The notes: generated from the letters alone by a model not told the origin. A stretch of 32,313 bases of DNA from an uncultured Flavobacteriales bacterium (GCA_965369165.1 CBDUPT010000001.1:1-32313), one strand, 5' to 3'; shown: positions 1 through 10,064, counted from the stretch's first letter. Program-made: numbers and translations.

Positions 1-2
1 TG

Positions 3-1154
3 AGTTGGGCACCTACTGCTTCTTTTTGGGCTTCAACTAATACAGGATCAATACACCCTTCAACTTTAACTGATAATGTTGGTATTGGTGTTAATAATGC
101 TTCTTCACCATTAACAATTAACACAAAAGCCGGAACTGAAATTGAATTTGCTGGAGGTTTTAATTCAGATATTTCAGCCCCATCTCAGTTAAACCTTATT
201 TCAGGTGGTCTATCATTATTTGAGGCGACTCATTTTAATTTTTATACAGCATCTACTAACAGGATGACCATCTTAAATAATGGTAATGTTGGGATAGGAA
301 CAACAATTCCAAGTAGAATTTTAGATATTCAAACAAGTACTTCTACAGTTAGCGAAGCTTTAAGGGTTATAAATACAACCTCTACAAATTCAGAAAGTCA
401 TGGTATTAGAGCTGAGGCAAGTGGAGCTCCAAATACTAATGAAGGTATTTGGTCTCAAGCCACAGGAGGAAATTATAGTAAAGGACTTTACGCAAGAGGA
501 TCTGCTGGAAATTTTGAATCTGTGGGAGTTGAAGTTGATGCCTATGGATCTACAAATAACTATGGATTAAAAGCAGATTTGCAGTTTGCAACAACAGGCT
601 CATCCCGTGCTGTTTATGGTAATGCAAGAGGTTCTGGTAGTACAAATAATTATGGTGTTTATGGTATAGGTAGAGAAGCTGTAAATAATTATGGTGTATA
701 TGGAAGTGCTTATAATGGTACTAATAATTGGGCTGGTTATTTTGAGCAAGGAAATGTTCATATCCAAAATGATTTAGGTATTGGCACAACAACGCCAAAC
801 ACATCTTTAGATGTTGCAGAGGATATAAGTGTGAAGGAACACCTTATTCCTATTTCTATAACTGCAATATCAAATATGGGAGGAACACAAGGGAAATCAT
901 TTCTTAATTTCAATAGTGCTCCAGGAAATTTTACAATTTTTGGAATAGCCAATGGGGTTGATGGAAAAATATTAAGACTTTATAATTCTACAAACTTTAA
1001 TATGACTTTGGCAAATGAGCAAACTTCTAACACAGCACAGAATAGAATTCTTACAATGTCTGGATCGAATGTTTCAACTATTGGAACAGGAGTTATTACA
1101 CTTCAATATAGTGCAAATCAGCAGAGATGGATTGTAGTTTCAATTGTTCAGTAA
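3..1154 (+). CDS. Repeat-rich surface/secreted protein, tail-fibre-like (5' end lies outside the window)
   Basis: The frame is open from nt 3 with no stop, so the track start at 264 is only an internal Met. There are three copies of an xGIGxxxP..L motif (DNVGIGVNNASSPL, GNVGIGTTIPSRIL, NDLGIGTTTPNTSL) and several NNYG/NNW repeats. Composition is rich in G/S/T/N. No catalytic motif was recognised. Confidence 0.6.
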   Translation, partial: SWAPTASFWASTNTGSIHPSTLTDNVGIGVNNASSPLTINTKAGTEIEFAGGFNSDISAPSQLNLISGGLSLFEATHFNFYTASTNRMTILNNGNVGIGTTIPSRILDIQTSTSTVSEALRVINTTSTNSESHGIRAEASGAPNTNEGIWSQATGGNYSKGLYARGSAGNFESVGVEVDAYGSTNNYGLKADLQFATTGSSRAVYGNARGSGSTNNYGVYGIGREAVNNYGVYGSAYNGTNNWAGYFEQGNVHIQNDLGIGTTTPNTSLDVAEDISVKEHLIPISITAISNMGGTQGKSFLNFNSAPGNFTIFGIANGVDGKILRLYNSTNFNMTLANEQTSNTAQNRILTMSGSNVSTIGTGVITLQYSANQQRWIVVSIVQ

Positions 1155-1232
1155 AGAGTAATTTAAAGAAGTCGATAAAAAAATGAATATAGGTTATAAT
1201 ATATAAATTAAAGAGGTTAAAACATTATTAAT

Positions 1233-1991
1233 ATGAAACGTATACATTTAATATCTATAATTACATTATTATTTATAAGTACTTGTTCTTTTAGCCAAAC
1301 TACTATCTCAAGACAAGTAATTGGTAGTACAGGGTCTTATTCTGTAGGAACCTCTATGACTATTTCTTCAACAGTTGGTGAAGCGGTGGTTCAAAGTTTA
1401 TTCTCGGTAAATAGAATATTAACACAAGGCTTTCAGCAGCCAGAAGGTGAAAATGATTCTATTGTTACTTATGAGGTAATTAACGAATCTTGTCCCGGGG
1501 CGAAAAATGGGTCTATTTACATAGAGAATGTTTTAGGTTGTCCAGGACCATATTCAGTTGACATTAGTTTGGTGGGAGATACTGTAAATGTTCTTGGAGC
1601 AGATACTCTTAGTACAGGAATGTATAATGTAACTATATATGGAAGTAATAATTGTTCATATACAATTCAAATATTTGTTGGATTAGATAGTGATGAAGAT
1701 TGTACATTGAAATTTTATACAGGAGTAACACCTAATGGAGATGGAAAAAATGATGTATGGATAATTGAAAATATTGAACTATTTCCAGACAATGAAGTTA
1801 GAATATTTAATAGGTGGGGAGAACAAGTTTGGAAAGGTGAAGGATACGACAACTCTAAAGTCGTATGGCCAGGAGGTGAAGGGTCAACATTAAATGGAGG
1901 TATAGGTGAGGAGTTTGGAACAGCAACTTATTTTTACGTTGCAGATGTTAGTGGTAAAATTTATAAAGGTTGGGTAGAATTAACTCGATAA
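1233..1991 (+). CDS. T9SS type B sorting domain (gliding motility-associated C-terminal domain) protein with a SprB-like repeat
   Basis: It has an N-terminal signal peptide. A SprB-repeat-like segment reads CPGAKNGSIYIENVLGCPGPYSV. The C-terminal hallmark is TPNGDGKNDVWIIENIELFPDNEVRIFNRWGEQVW. Confidence 0.85.
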   Translation: MKRIHLISIITLLFISTCSFSQTTISRQVIGSTGSYSVGTSMTISSTVGEAVVQSLFSVNRILTQGFQQPEGENDSIVTYEVINESCPGAKNGSIYIENVLGCPGPYSVDISLVGDTVNVLGADTLSTGMYNVTIYGSNNCSYTIQIFVGLDSDEDCTLKFYTGVTPNGDGKNDVWIIENIELFPDNEVRIFNRWGEQVWKGEGYDNSKVVWPGGEGSTLNGGIGEEFGTATYFYVADVSGKIYKGWVELTR

Positions 1992-2006
1992 AGAAATAAA
2001 GAAACG

Positions 2007-2924
2007 ATGAAGAAGATACTTTTTATAATAACGATTCTTATTACTATACAAGGTTTTGCTCAGCAAGATCCACAGTATAGTTTATATATGTTTAATCCTC
2101 TTGGGGTTAATCCTGGGTATGCTGGAAGTAGAGAGGTTTTAAGTGCTGTACTGGTTCATCGTAGCCAGTGGGTTGGCTTAAAAGGAGCGCCAGAAACCCA
2201 AGTACTATCTTTGAATACTCCATTAAAAAATAAAAAAATGGGTGTTGGTTTGCAAATAGTAAACGATAAAATAGGCCCTAGAACTACTCAGCACCTATCT
2301 GCATCATATGCATATCGTTTAAAATTAGGTAGAGGTAAATTGGCATTTGGATTAAGAGCTGGTATGATTAACTATAATTATGATTGGAATAAGATCGAAT
2401 ATAAAGATGAAGAGGATGCTATTCCTACAACTGCTCCTGAAAGCTTTATTAAACCTAATTTTGATTTTGGAATTTATTATAATACTAAAACCTTTTATAT
2501 GGGTGTTGCTATAGATCATTTAAATCGAGCTGAATATAATTTATTATCTGCATCTGATACTGTTTCTTCTGTTGCAAAACAAAGTGCAAATTTTACAGGA
2601 ACAATTGGTAAAGCGTTTATATTAAATGATAATCTTGTATTAAAAACATCGTTGTTAATGAGAGCGGCAAATGCTTCAGGTAATATTGACATTAATGGTA
2701 GTCTTTTAATTAAAAATAAAGTATTATTTGGGTTAACTTTGAGGTCTTCTCAAGCATTTGTTTTAATGACTGAATTTAATATTACTAAGAATTTACGCTT
2801 AGGAGCAGGGTATGATTTTGATGGGACTGAAGTTGCTAAAACTACATCAGGATCTTTTGAGATATTTTTGGGTTATGATGTAGGAATATTTAAATCAAAA
2901 ATTGTGTCTCCAAGATATTTTTAA
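2007..2924 (+). CDS. PorP/SprF family type IX secretion system membrane protein
   Basis: A signal peptide is followed by the family hallmark QQDPQYSLYMFNPLGVNPGYAG. The rest has a beta-barrel-like alternating pattern. It lies directly downstream of a type-B cargo gene. Confidence 0.9.
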   Translation: MKKILFIITILITIQGFAQQDPQYSLYMFNPLGVNPGYAGSREVLSAVLVHRSQWVGLKGAPETQVLSLNTPLKNKKMGVGLQIVNDKIGPRTTQHLSASYAYRLKLGRGKLAFGLRAGMINYNYDWNKIEYKDEEDAIPTTAPESFIKPNFDFGIYYNTKTFYMGVAIDHLNRAEYNLLSASDTVSSVAKQSANFTGTIGKAFILNDNLVLKTSLLMRAANASGNIDINGSLLIKNKVLFGLTLRSSQAFVLMTEFNITKNLRLGAGYDFDGTEVAKTTSGSFEIFLGYDVGIFKSKIVSPRYF

Positions 2925-2930
2925 TAAGGA

Positions 2931-5228
2931 ATGGTAAAAAGTACAATTATAAAAATAGGCGTTTTTCTTGCTATATATGTGACTTGTATAGGGGTATCAT
3001 TTGCTCAATTAAATAGAGCGAATAAATATTTTGAGCAAGAAAATTATAGTGATGCGATAGCTTATTATCAAAAGGTTTTAAAGAAAAATAATGACGATAA
3101 AGTGGCAAATCAAAATATTGCCTACGCTTATCGTAAGTTAAAAGATTATCAAAATGCAGAAATTTATTTTGCTAAGGCTATAGAATTAAATCCAACTGAA
3201 AGCTCAAATTTTTTATACTATGGGCAGACATTAAAAAATAATAATAAGATTAATAAAGCAAAAATTCAATTTGAAAAATTTGTAGAAAAAAATCCAAAAA
3301 GCTTCATAGGAAAGCTGATGATTCAATCATGCGGAGACATTTCAGAGTGGGAGTCAGAAGAAAAAGAGTTTGAAGTAGAGATAGTTCAAAACATCAATTC
3401 TAAAAATTCTGATTTTTGTCCTTTAGTTTATAAAAATGGGTTAGTATTTGTTTCAGAAAGAGGGCTAGATTTGGTAAATGAAAATAATAGCTCATTTTCT
3501 AACAAACCTTATTTATCAATTTTTTATGCTGAAGAGAGTAAAGAATATGAAAAAGCAAAAAGATTTTCTACTCAATTAAATAGCGCCTACCATGATGGGC
3601 CAGTATCTATTTCCGGAGATAAAATTTATTTCACAAGAGTAAATAAAAAAGAGTTAGGGAAAAGCTATGTAAATCGACTTAAGATTTATTCAGCAACATT
3701 AGATGGTAAAAAATGGAAGGATATAACTCCATTTGAGTACAATAATAACGATTATTCTGTCGCACATCCATGGATTTCAGAAGATGGTTCTAAATTGTTT
3801 TTTGCATCTGATATGTCTGGTGGTCAGGGAGGGATGGATATTTATGTGTGTCATAAAAATGGAGAATCATGGGGTAAGCCTCAGAATTTAGGAACGAAAG
3901 TTAACACGTCAGAAAATGAAGTTTTTCCTTACTATAGAAAAGGATTACTGTACTTTTCTTCTGATGGGCATTCAGGTTACGGAGGTTTAGATATATTTTC
4001 TTCTAATGAAGAAGGTAATTGGCAAGAGATTGTTAACCTTAAGTCTCCATTAAACTCATCAAAAGATGATTTCGGAATTTTTTATAAAGATGATGAAACA
4101 GGTTATTTTTCTTCAGATAGAGAAGGTGGTGTTGGAAGTGATGATATATATAGCTTTAAGTGGCACAGTTTATCACCAAAAACGGAAGTTTCAGGGTTGT
4201 TGGAGTATGAAAAATTAGGTGTTGCTGGGGCAAATATTAATTTACTTGATGAAGAAGATAATATAATCAAAACAGTAGTTACAGATGAGTTTGGGAAATT
4301 TAAATTTGATAAATTAGATTTAGATGAAAATTATTTATTAGCAATTGATTCTGAAGATGATAGTTTTCTCGATAAGGTGAAACTATTTTTCACAAACTCT
4401 AAAGGGCAAAAAGTTATCCAAGCCAATAAAGTTGCAAAGGGGAAATTTAAGTTTCAAGCGCTACCATATGCATACTATGATGAACTTGAACTTTTAGTAG
4501 AAGAAGATGAGAGCTTATTTACAATAAGCGTTTTTGGTCAGGTTTATGAAAAATTACCTGGAGATTATTCTGGAGGTATGGATGTTTGGGTGGTAGATGA
4601 CGAAGGTAATATCATTGGGAAAGCTAAAGCGGATAAAAATGGAAAATTTAGATTTGATAAGCTATCTCCAGATGAAGAGTATTTGTTTATGCTTTCTGAA
4701 GATGATGAAAACTTAAATGTTATAATTATTGATGAAAATGGGAATGTGTTAGAATCTACCAAACGATTAATGGATGCTAAATACAGGTATATCAGATTAG
4801 ATTCTGATGAGAATGTAATTACATTAATTAATGAAGTAGATGAAGTAATTAAAATTGCTGAAAATGAAAACTTTGTTATTTCTAAAATATTATATGAATA
4901 TCGTTCTGCAGATATTAGTGAGGCAGCAGCAAAAGAATTAGATAAACTTGTTCTTATCTTAAAAAAGAATAAAGATGTAGGAGTTGAATTGAGTTCACAT
5001 ACGGATTCTAAAGGAACAGATTCTTATAATTTAGAGTTATCACAAAAAAGAGCAAACAATGCTGCTGAATATATGAAATCTAAAGGGATAGAAGAAAATA
5101 GAGTGATGGGTAAAGGTTATGGAGAAACTCAACCAGTTGCTCCTAACGAATTACCTAATGGGAAAGATAACCCTGAAGGCAGAGCGAAAAACAGAAGAAC
5201 TGAGTTTAAGGTAATAAAGTTAAAGTAG
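2931..5228 (+). CDS. OmpA family protein with TPR and PD40 (TolB-like) repeats
   Basis: The N-terminus has TPR-like repeats (YSDAIAYYQKVL, YQNAEIYFAKAIELNP). PD40-type repeats are present (SEDGSKLFFASD..GGMDIYV, LYFSSDGHSGYGGLDIF, GYFSSDREGGVGSDDIY). Internal GKFKFDKL..DE.YL repeats occur. The C-terminal OmpA domain reads SSHTDSKGTDSYNLELSQKRANNAAEYM..NRRTEF. Confidence 0.9.
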   Translation: MVKSTIIKIGVFLAIYVTCIGVSFAQLNRANKYFEQENYSDAIAYYQKVLKKNNDDKVANQNIAYAYRKLKDYQNAEIYFAKAIELNPTESSNFLYYGQTLKNNNKINKAKIQFEKFVEKNPKSFIGKLMIQSCGDISEWESEEKEFEVEIVQNINSKNSDFCPLVYKNGLVFVSERGLDLVNENNSSFSNKPYLSIFYAEESKEYEKAKRFSTQLNSAYHDGPVSISGDKIYFTRVNKKELGKSYVNRLKIYSATLDGKKWKDITPFEYNNNDYSVAHPWISEDGSKLFFASDMSGGQGGMDIYVCHKNGESWGKPQNLGTKVNTSENEVFPYYRKGLLYFSSDGHSGYGGLDIFSSNEEGNWQEIVNLKSPLNSSKDDFGIFYKDDETGYFSSDREGGVGSDDIYSFKWHSLSPKTEVSGLLEYEKLGVAGANINLLDEEDNIIKTVVTDEFGKFKFDKLDLDENYLLAIDSEDDSFLDKVKLFFTNSKGQKVIQANKVAKGKFKFQALPYAYYDELELLVEEDESLFTISVFGQVYEKLPGDYSGGMDVWVVDDEGNIIGKAKADKNGKFRFDKLSPDEEYLFMLSEDDENLNVIIIDENGNVLESTKRLMDAKYRYIRLDSDENVITLINEVDEVIKIAENENFVISKILYEYRSADISEAAAKELDKLVLILKKNKDVGVELSSHTDSKGTDSYNLELSQKRANNAAEYMKSKGIEENRVMGKGYGETQPVAPNELPNGKDNPEGRAKNRRTEFKVIKLK

Positions 5229-5232
5229 AGTT

Positions 5233-8200
5233 GTGAAGAAGATATTTCTTGTAGGGTTATTAGCAATAAGTTCATTAGTGACTTTTGCTCAGCAAAGTAA
5301 TATTAAGTTTAGGCACTTAACAATTAAAGACGGGCTCTCGCAAAGTGATGTTAGTTCTATTTTACAAGATGATAAAGGGCTAATGTGGTTTGGAACTCAA
5401 GATGGACTTAATGTTTATAACGGCTTTAATTTCAATGTGTTTTCTCACGATTTATCAGATTCTAATTCAATTTCAAATAATTTTATAAGAGCTGTTTTAC
5501 AAGATAGTAGCGGACTGATATGGGTTGCTACAGAAAGTGGGTTAAATGTTTTTGATAGAGGCTCTTATGCTTTTAAAACAGTTTTTAAAACCAAAACAAA
5601 ACACAATACTTGGGCATTAACTGAAACAAAAAAACACATTTGGGCAGGAACAGAAAAAGCTTTAATCAAAATTGACAAATATACTTTAAAGGCAAGTAAA
5701 GTTAATTTAAACCTTAGTACTCTCTCTCAAAAACTAAAGGTTAGAAAATTAACTTATTTAGAAAAAACTCGAGATATCTTAATTGCAACAGAAGGTAATG
5801 GATTAATAAAATATAATATTGATTTAAAAGAGTCGGAACAATTTTATCAAGATAATAGTTTACTTAAAAGCGATGTGGTTTGGGATGTTTTGGTTGATAC
5901 GGAATCTAAAATTTGGATAGCCACAAATCAAGGAATTAATTTTTATGATTTAAAATCTAAACGATTAAAGTCTGACTCTAGATTAGACAAAATTGTCGGA
6001 AACAAACTTATTAAATGTATTTATGAAGATAAATCTGGAATACTTTGGTTAGGAACCGAAGCCAATGGATTATATAAATATGCTTCTTATAATAATGTTG
6101 ATCATTACGTATATAATGCAAATGTGTCTACAAGCTTAAGTAGTAATAAAGTAAATACTATTTATGAAGATAACTCTGGTATTATATGGGTAGGAACTCA
6201 ATCTGGAGTGGATAAATTTGATAAGCAGAAACAATTTTTTAAGCATTATCAATATTGGCCAAACAAGGTCAACTCCATTAATAGTAATATGGTTTGGTCT
6301 ATCTTTCAAGATAATGGAGATTTCCCTTCATTGTGGGTAGGGACAGATAAAGGAATTAGCATTTTCGATAAAAGCACTGGAGATGTTAGTCATATTACTC
6401 CAACTTTTAAAAGTTCAGACTCTAAAAATACTGGAGTATATTCATTTTGTAAGGATTATTCAGGGAAAATAATCGCAGGTACAGATGGCGGTGCTTTTGA
6501 GGTAATTAATAATAGATTAGTTCCAGTTGGAGGTATTTTTAATGAGAAAAACACTTATAGAACCTATACTATTTTTGAAGATAATCAAAAGCGATTGTGG
6601 TTAGGTACAAAAGAAGGCCTGGTTGTAATTAGTAAAAACAGGAAAGAATTTAAACATATTATTAGTAGTGATTCTGCCGGAGCATTGTCTAGCGATGTTG
6701 TCAGAGCTATAACTCAAACCAAAGCTGGAACAATATGGATTGGTACAGATGGAGGAGGCTTATGTAAAGTAATTGAAGAGGAAAATAGAGTGTTTAAATT
6801 TAAAAGTTATACTCGAGATTCTGACAATCCTAAATCCTTATCAAATAATACAGTACTAAGTATTCATGAGGATAAAAGCGGAAAATTGTGGATAGGTACT
6901 TTTGGTGGTGGATTAAATGTTTTTAACCCTAAAACAGAGAAATTTTTCGCATACACTGAGAAGAATGGGTTATCTAATAATGTTATTTATGGAGTTGCTG
7001 AAGATAAAAAAGGCAACTTATGGATGAGTACAAACAAAGGAATCTCTCAATTTTTTATAAAGCGAAAAAAGTTTAGAATTTTTGAAGAAAGTGACGGGTT
7101 ACAAAGTAATGAGTTTAACACTGGAGCATACTTTCAAAGCTCAACTGGCGAATTATTTTTTGGTGGAATAAATGGATTTAATGCTTTTTATCCTGAAGAT
7201 ATCCATATTAATAAATCAAAACCAAAACCAATAATTACTAATTTTTACTTATTTAATAAGCCTGTTAAAGTTGGTGAAAAAGAAATATTAAAGAAGCATA
7301 TTTCTGAGCTAGATGTAATTGTTTTAAAACATCGTCAAAATGTTATTTCTTTTGAGTTTGCTTCTTTACATTATTCTTACCCCCTTAAAAATTTACATAA
7401 ATATAAGCTTGAAAACTTTAATGAAGAATGGGTTGAAATTGGAAATAGTAGAAGAGCAAATTACACCAATTTAGACCCAGGGGAGTACGTTTTTAAAGTA
7501 ATGGTAGCTAACAGTGATGGGATTTGGAGCGATGAGGTTGCAAAAGTTAGGGTAATTGTTGAGCCTCCTTTTTGGAGAACTTGGTGGTTTATTTTAATCG
7601 TGTATATTTTACTTCCCTTATTATTAGTTTACGTATTTGTTCGTTATAGAATTAACCAAGTTAAACGACAAAAAATGTTACTAGAGCTTCAGGTGAAAGA
7701 ACGTACACAAGAAGTAACTAGGCAGAAAGAGTTGTTAGAGAAGGAGAAAGAAAAAACAGAAAAATTACTCTTAAATGTTTTGCCGGCTGAAACAGCTGAA
7801 GAACTTAAATCTAAAGGAAAAGCAACAGCTAGGAGTTATCGAATGACCTCAATAATGTTTACTGACTTTAAAAGCTTTACTCAGATTGCAGAAGTAACCA
7901 AACCACAAGAATTAGTTGCTGAATTAGATGGTTACTTTGTAAATTTTGATGAGATTATTGAGAAGTATGATGTAGAAAAAATCAAGACTATAGGAGACGC
8001 ATACATGTGTGCAGGAGGTATTCCTATTAGAAACAAGAGTAACCCTATAGATACTGTTTTAGCAGGATTAGAGATTCAGCGTTTTATGAAAACGTACAAT
8101 AAGATTAGGACTAAAAATGGAGAATCTGCCTGGGGTTTAAGGGTAGGTATACATACAGGTAACGTGGTGGCAGGAGTTGTTGGTATAAAACGGTTTGCTT

Positions 8201-9054
8201 ATGATATTTGGGGAGATAGTGTAAATATTGCAAGTAGAATTGAAGCAGCAAGTTCTGTAGGGAAAGTTAATATTTCAGGAGCTACTTATGAGTTAATAAA
8301 AGAATTTTTTACTTGCGAGTACAGAGGTAAGATAAAGGCTAAAAATAAAGGGAATATTGATATGTACTTTGTACATTCAATAAAACCAGAGTTATCAATT
8401 GATGGGAAAGGGGTTGAACCTAATGAACTATTCCAAAAATATGTTGATTTACATATTTATAGTGGAATTAATTATCGTAAAGCTGAAAAGTATATTGTAA
8501 AACGTTTAAAGAAAGAGTTGCCAGATAATTTACATTATCATGATTTAAGGCATACAACTGATGTTTGTGCTGCAGTAGAGCGTTTAGCATTAATGGAAGG
8601 AATTGAGGGTGATGATATCTTCTTATTAAAAACAGCAGCGCTTTATCATGATGCCGGTTTTGTACATCAATATGCTAATAATGAAGATATCGGAGCTGCA
8701 TTAGCAAGAGAAGTGTTGCCACGTTTTGGATATACAGAAGACCAAATAAATACGATTTGTAAGCTAATACAAGCTACTAAAGTGCCGCAAAAGCCTAGTA
8801 ATCATTTAGAGCAAATTATTTGTGATGCTGATTTAGATTATTTAGGTGGAGATGAGTTTCATTTTATTGCAGATAAGTTGAAGCGAGAATTAATGGAACG
8901 TGATATTGTACAATATGATAAACAGTGGGATGAATTACAAATTAAGTTTTTAACTGCTCATACTTATTTTACTAAAACTGCAATTCGTTTACGCCAAGCA
9001 AACAAGCTAGAACGAATACAGGAAATAAGAGATAGATTGAAAGATTACAAGTAG
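5233..9054 (+). CDS. Sensor protein: two-component-regulator propeller repeats + Y_Y_Y + TM helix + class III adenylate cyclase + HD domain
   Basis: A GTG start gives a complete signal peptide (MKKIFLVGLLAISSLVTFAQQ). There are many (L/I)W(I/V)GTxxGL propeller repeats and a Y_Y_Y-like segment (YKLENFNEEWVEIG..PGEYVFKVMVANSDGIWS). The TM helix is WWFILIVYILLPLLLVYVFV, about aa 784. The cyclase motifs are IMFTDFKSF, EKIKTIGDAYMCAGG and FAYDIWGDSVNIASRIE, about nt 7831-8380. The HD motifs are HYHDLRHT, AALYHDAG and ICDADLDY, about nt 8530-8840. Confidence 0.9.
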   Translation: MKKIFLVGLLAISSLVTFAQQSNIKFRHLTIKDGLSQSDVSSILQDDKGLMWFGTQDGLNVYNGFNFNVFSHDLSDSNSISNNFIRAVLQDSSGLIWVATESGLNVFDRGSYAFKTVFKTKTKHNTWALTETKKHIWAGTEKALIKIDKYTLKASKVNLNLSTLSQKLKVRKLTYLEKTRDILIATEGNGLIKYNIDLKESEQFYQDNSLLKSDVVWDVLVDTESKIWIATNQGINFYDLKSKRLKSDSRLDKIVGNKLIKCIYEDKSGILWLGTEANGLYKYASYNNVDHYVYNANVSTSLSSNKVNTIYEDNSGIIWVGTQSGVDKFDKQKQFFKHYQYWPNKVNSINSNMVWSIFQDNGDFPSLWVGTDKGISIFDKSTGDVSHITPTFKSSDSKNTGVYSFCKDYSGKIIAGTDGGAFEVINNRLVPVGGIFNEKNTYRTYTIFEDNQKRLWLGTKEGLVVISKNRKEFKHIISSDSAGALSSDVVRAITQTKAGTIWIGTDGGGLCKVIEEENRVFKFKSYTRDSDNPKSLSNNTVLSIHEDKSGKLWIGTFGGGLNVFNPKTEKFFAYTEKNGLSNNVIYGVAEDKKGNLWMSTNKGISQFFIKRKKFRIFEESDGLQSNEFNTGAYFQSSTGELFFGGINGFNAFYPEDIHINKSKPKPIITNFYLFNKPVKVGEKEILKKHISELDVIVLKHRQNVISFEFASLHYSYPLKNLHKYKLENFNEEWVEIGNSRRANYTNLDPGEYVFKVMVANSDGIWSDEVAKVRVIVEPPFWRTWWFILIVYILLPLLLVYVFVRYRINQVKRQKMLLELQVKERTQEVTRQKELLEKEKEKTEKLLLNVLPAETAEELKSKGKATARSYRMTSIMFTDFKSFTQIAEVTKPQELVAELDGYFVNFDEIIEKYDVEKIKTIGDAYMCAGGIPIRNKSNPIDTVLAGLEIQRFMKTYNKIRTKNGESAWGLRVGIHTGNVVAGVVGIKRFAYDIWGDSVNIASRIEAASSVGKVNISGATYELIKEFFTCEYRGKIKAKNKGNIDMYFVHSIKPELSIDGKGVEPNELFQKYVDLHIYSGINYRKAEKYIVKRLKKELPDNLHYHDLRHTTDVCAAVERLALMEGIEGDDIFLLKTAALYHDAGFVHQYANNEDIGAALAREVLPRFGYTEDQINTICKLIQATKVPQKPSNHLEQIICDADLDYLGGDEFHFIADKLKRELMERDIVQYDKQWDELQIKFLTAHTYFTKTAIRLRQANKLERIQEIRDRLKDYK

Positions 9055-9078
9055 CCAAAATATTATTTAATTAGTAAT

Positions 9079-9477
9079 ATGCTTAAAAATTTATTCTATA
9101 CTTTTTTGTTTATTATCAGTTTAACATCATGCGTTAAAAATGAGTATCAAGATGATGAAATAGACCCCACCTACGTTTATGGGAGTGTGAGAGATTATAA
9201 GACAGGAGAACCAATAGAAGGAGTTAATTTAAAAATAAGTATTGGAGATCCAGAATCGCCATTCGGATATTGGGTTTATGACAGTGTAATTACAAATTCG
9301 GAGGGTTATTACGAAATGAAGTTTGATACTTATTCTGATTATTGGTTATCGATAGCTCCAAATGAAAAATCGTCTTTACCAATTATAACAGCAGGTAAGC
9401 AGGGTTATTATGATAGTTTTTTTTATGTTTATCCTGAAGATATTCAAAAGATTGATTTCAAATTAATAAAAAGATAA
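9079..9477 (+). CDS. Small lipoprotein with a carboxypeptidase-regulatory-like fold
   Basis: It has a lipobox-like signal (FIISLTSC). The segment GSVRDYKTGEPIEGVNLKI is typical of CarboxypepD_reg-like beta-sandwich domains. Its stop overlaps the next start (TAATG). Confidence 0.55.
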   Translation: MLKNLFYTFLFIISLTSCVKNEYQDDEIDPTYVYGSVRDYKTGEPIEGVNLKISIGDPESPFGYWVYDSVITNSEGYYEMKFDTYSDYWLSIAPNEKSSLPIITAGKQGYYDSFFYVYPEDIQKIDFKLIKR

Positions 9478-10064
9478 TGAGAAACCCTATTGCTTTAATG
9501 ATACTATTTTTAATTAGTAGTCTTTGTTTAAAAGCTCAAGATAGTTCTTCATTAATTTCAGATAATAAATACAAAGAAATTAGTTTTATAGGCGGTACAC
9601 AACCAATAGAGAGTGGTTTGTATTTTAGTATAGGATATAATTGGAGAAATACTGATAAGTTTATCAATCTAGAAGTGGGTTATGATGCTTTGCTGTATGA
9701 TTACATTATGTTAAATCAGGTTGGTTATAAAGGTTTTCAAGCGAGTTTGTATAACTTCAACTTTTTGTTAACACATTCTATTGGTAAACAAAAATTGCAA
9801 GTGAATATAGGTTTAGGCCCTTTTCTAGGAGCAGGAATTGCACGCTTAACAACAACTAGAATTGATTATTATCATTACAATGAAGAATATATTGTTGGTG
9901 GGAAAGGGATTTTTGACATTACTTATCAATTGAATAATAGGTTTAAAGCAGTTTTAAGAAATTCAGTTTTTAGTGCTTTTACTTTAGGTGGGGATTCTTT
10001 CACGTTATATGGAGTGCAGCTAGGTTTAGCTTTTAAGTTTCAAAAAAAGCCGAAAGAAGGTTAA
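9477..10064 (+). CDS. Hypothetical secreted protein, possibly a small outer-membrane beta-barrel
   Basis: It has a signal peptide (ALMILFLISSLCLKAQD). The sequence shows an alternating hydrophobic/aromatic pattern and a near-C-terminal LGLAFKF motif. It is translationally coupled to 9079..9477. Confidence 0.5.
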   Translation: MRNPIALMILFLISSLCLKAQDSSSLISDNKYKEISFIGGTQPIESGLYFSIGYNWRNTDKFINLEVGYDALLYDYIMLNQVGYKGFQASLYNFNFLLTHSIGKQKLQVNIGLGPFLGAGIARLTTTRIDYYHYNEEYIVGGKGIFDITYQLNNRFKAVLRNSVFSAFTLGGDSFTLYGVQLGLAFKFQKKPKEG

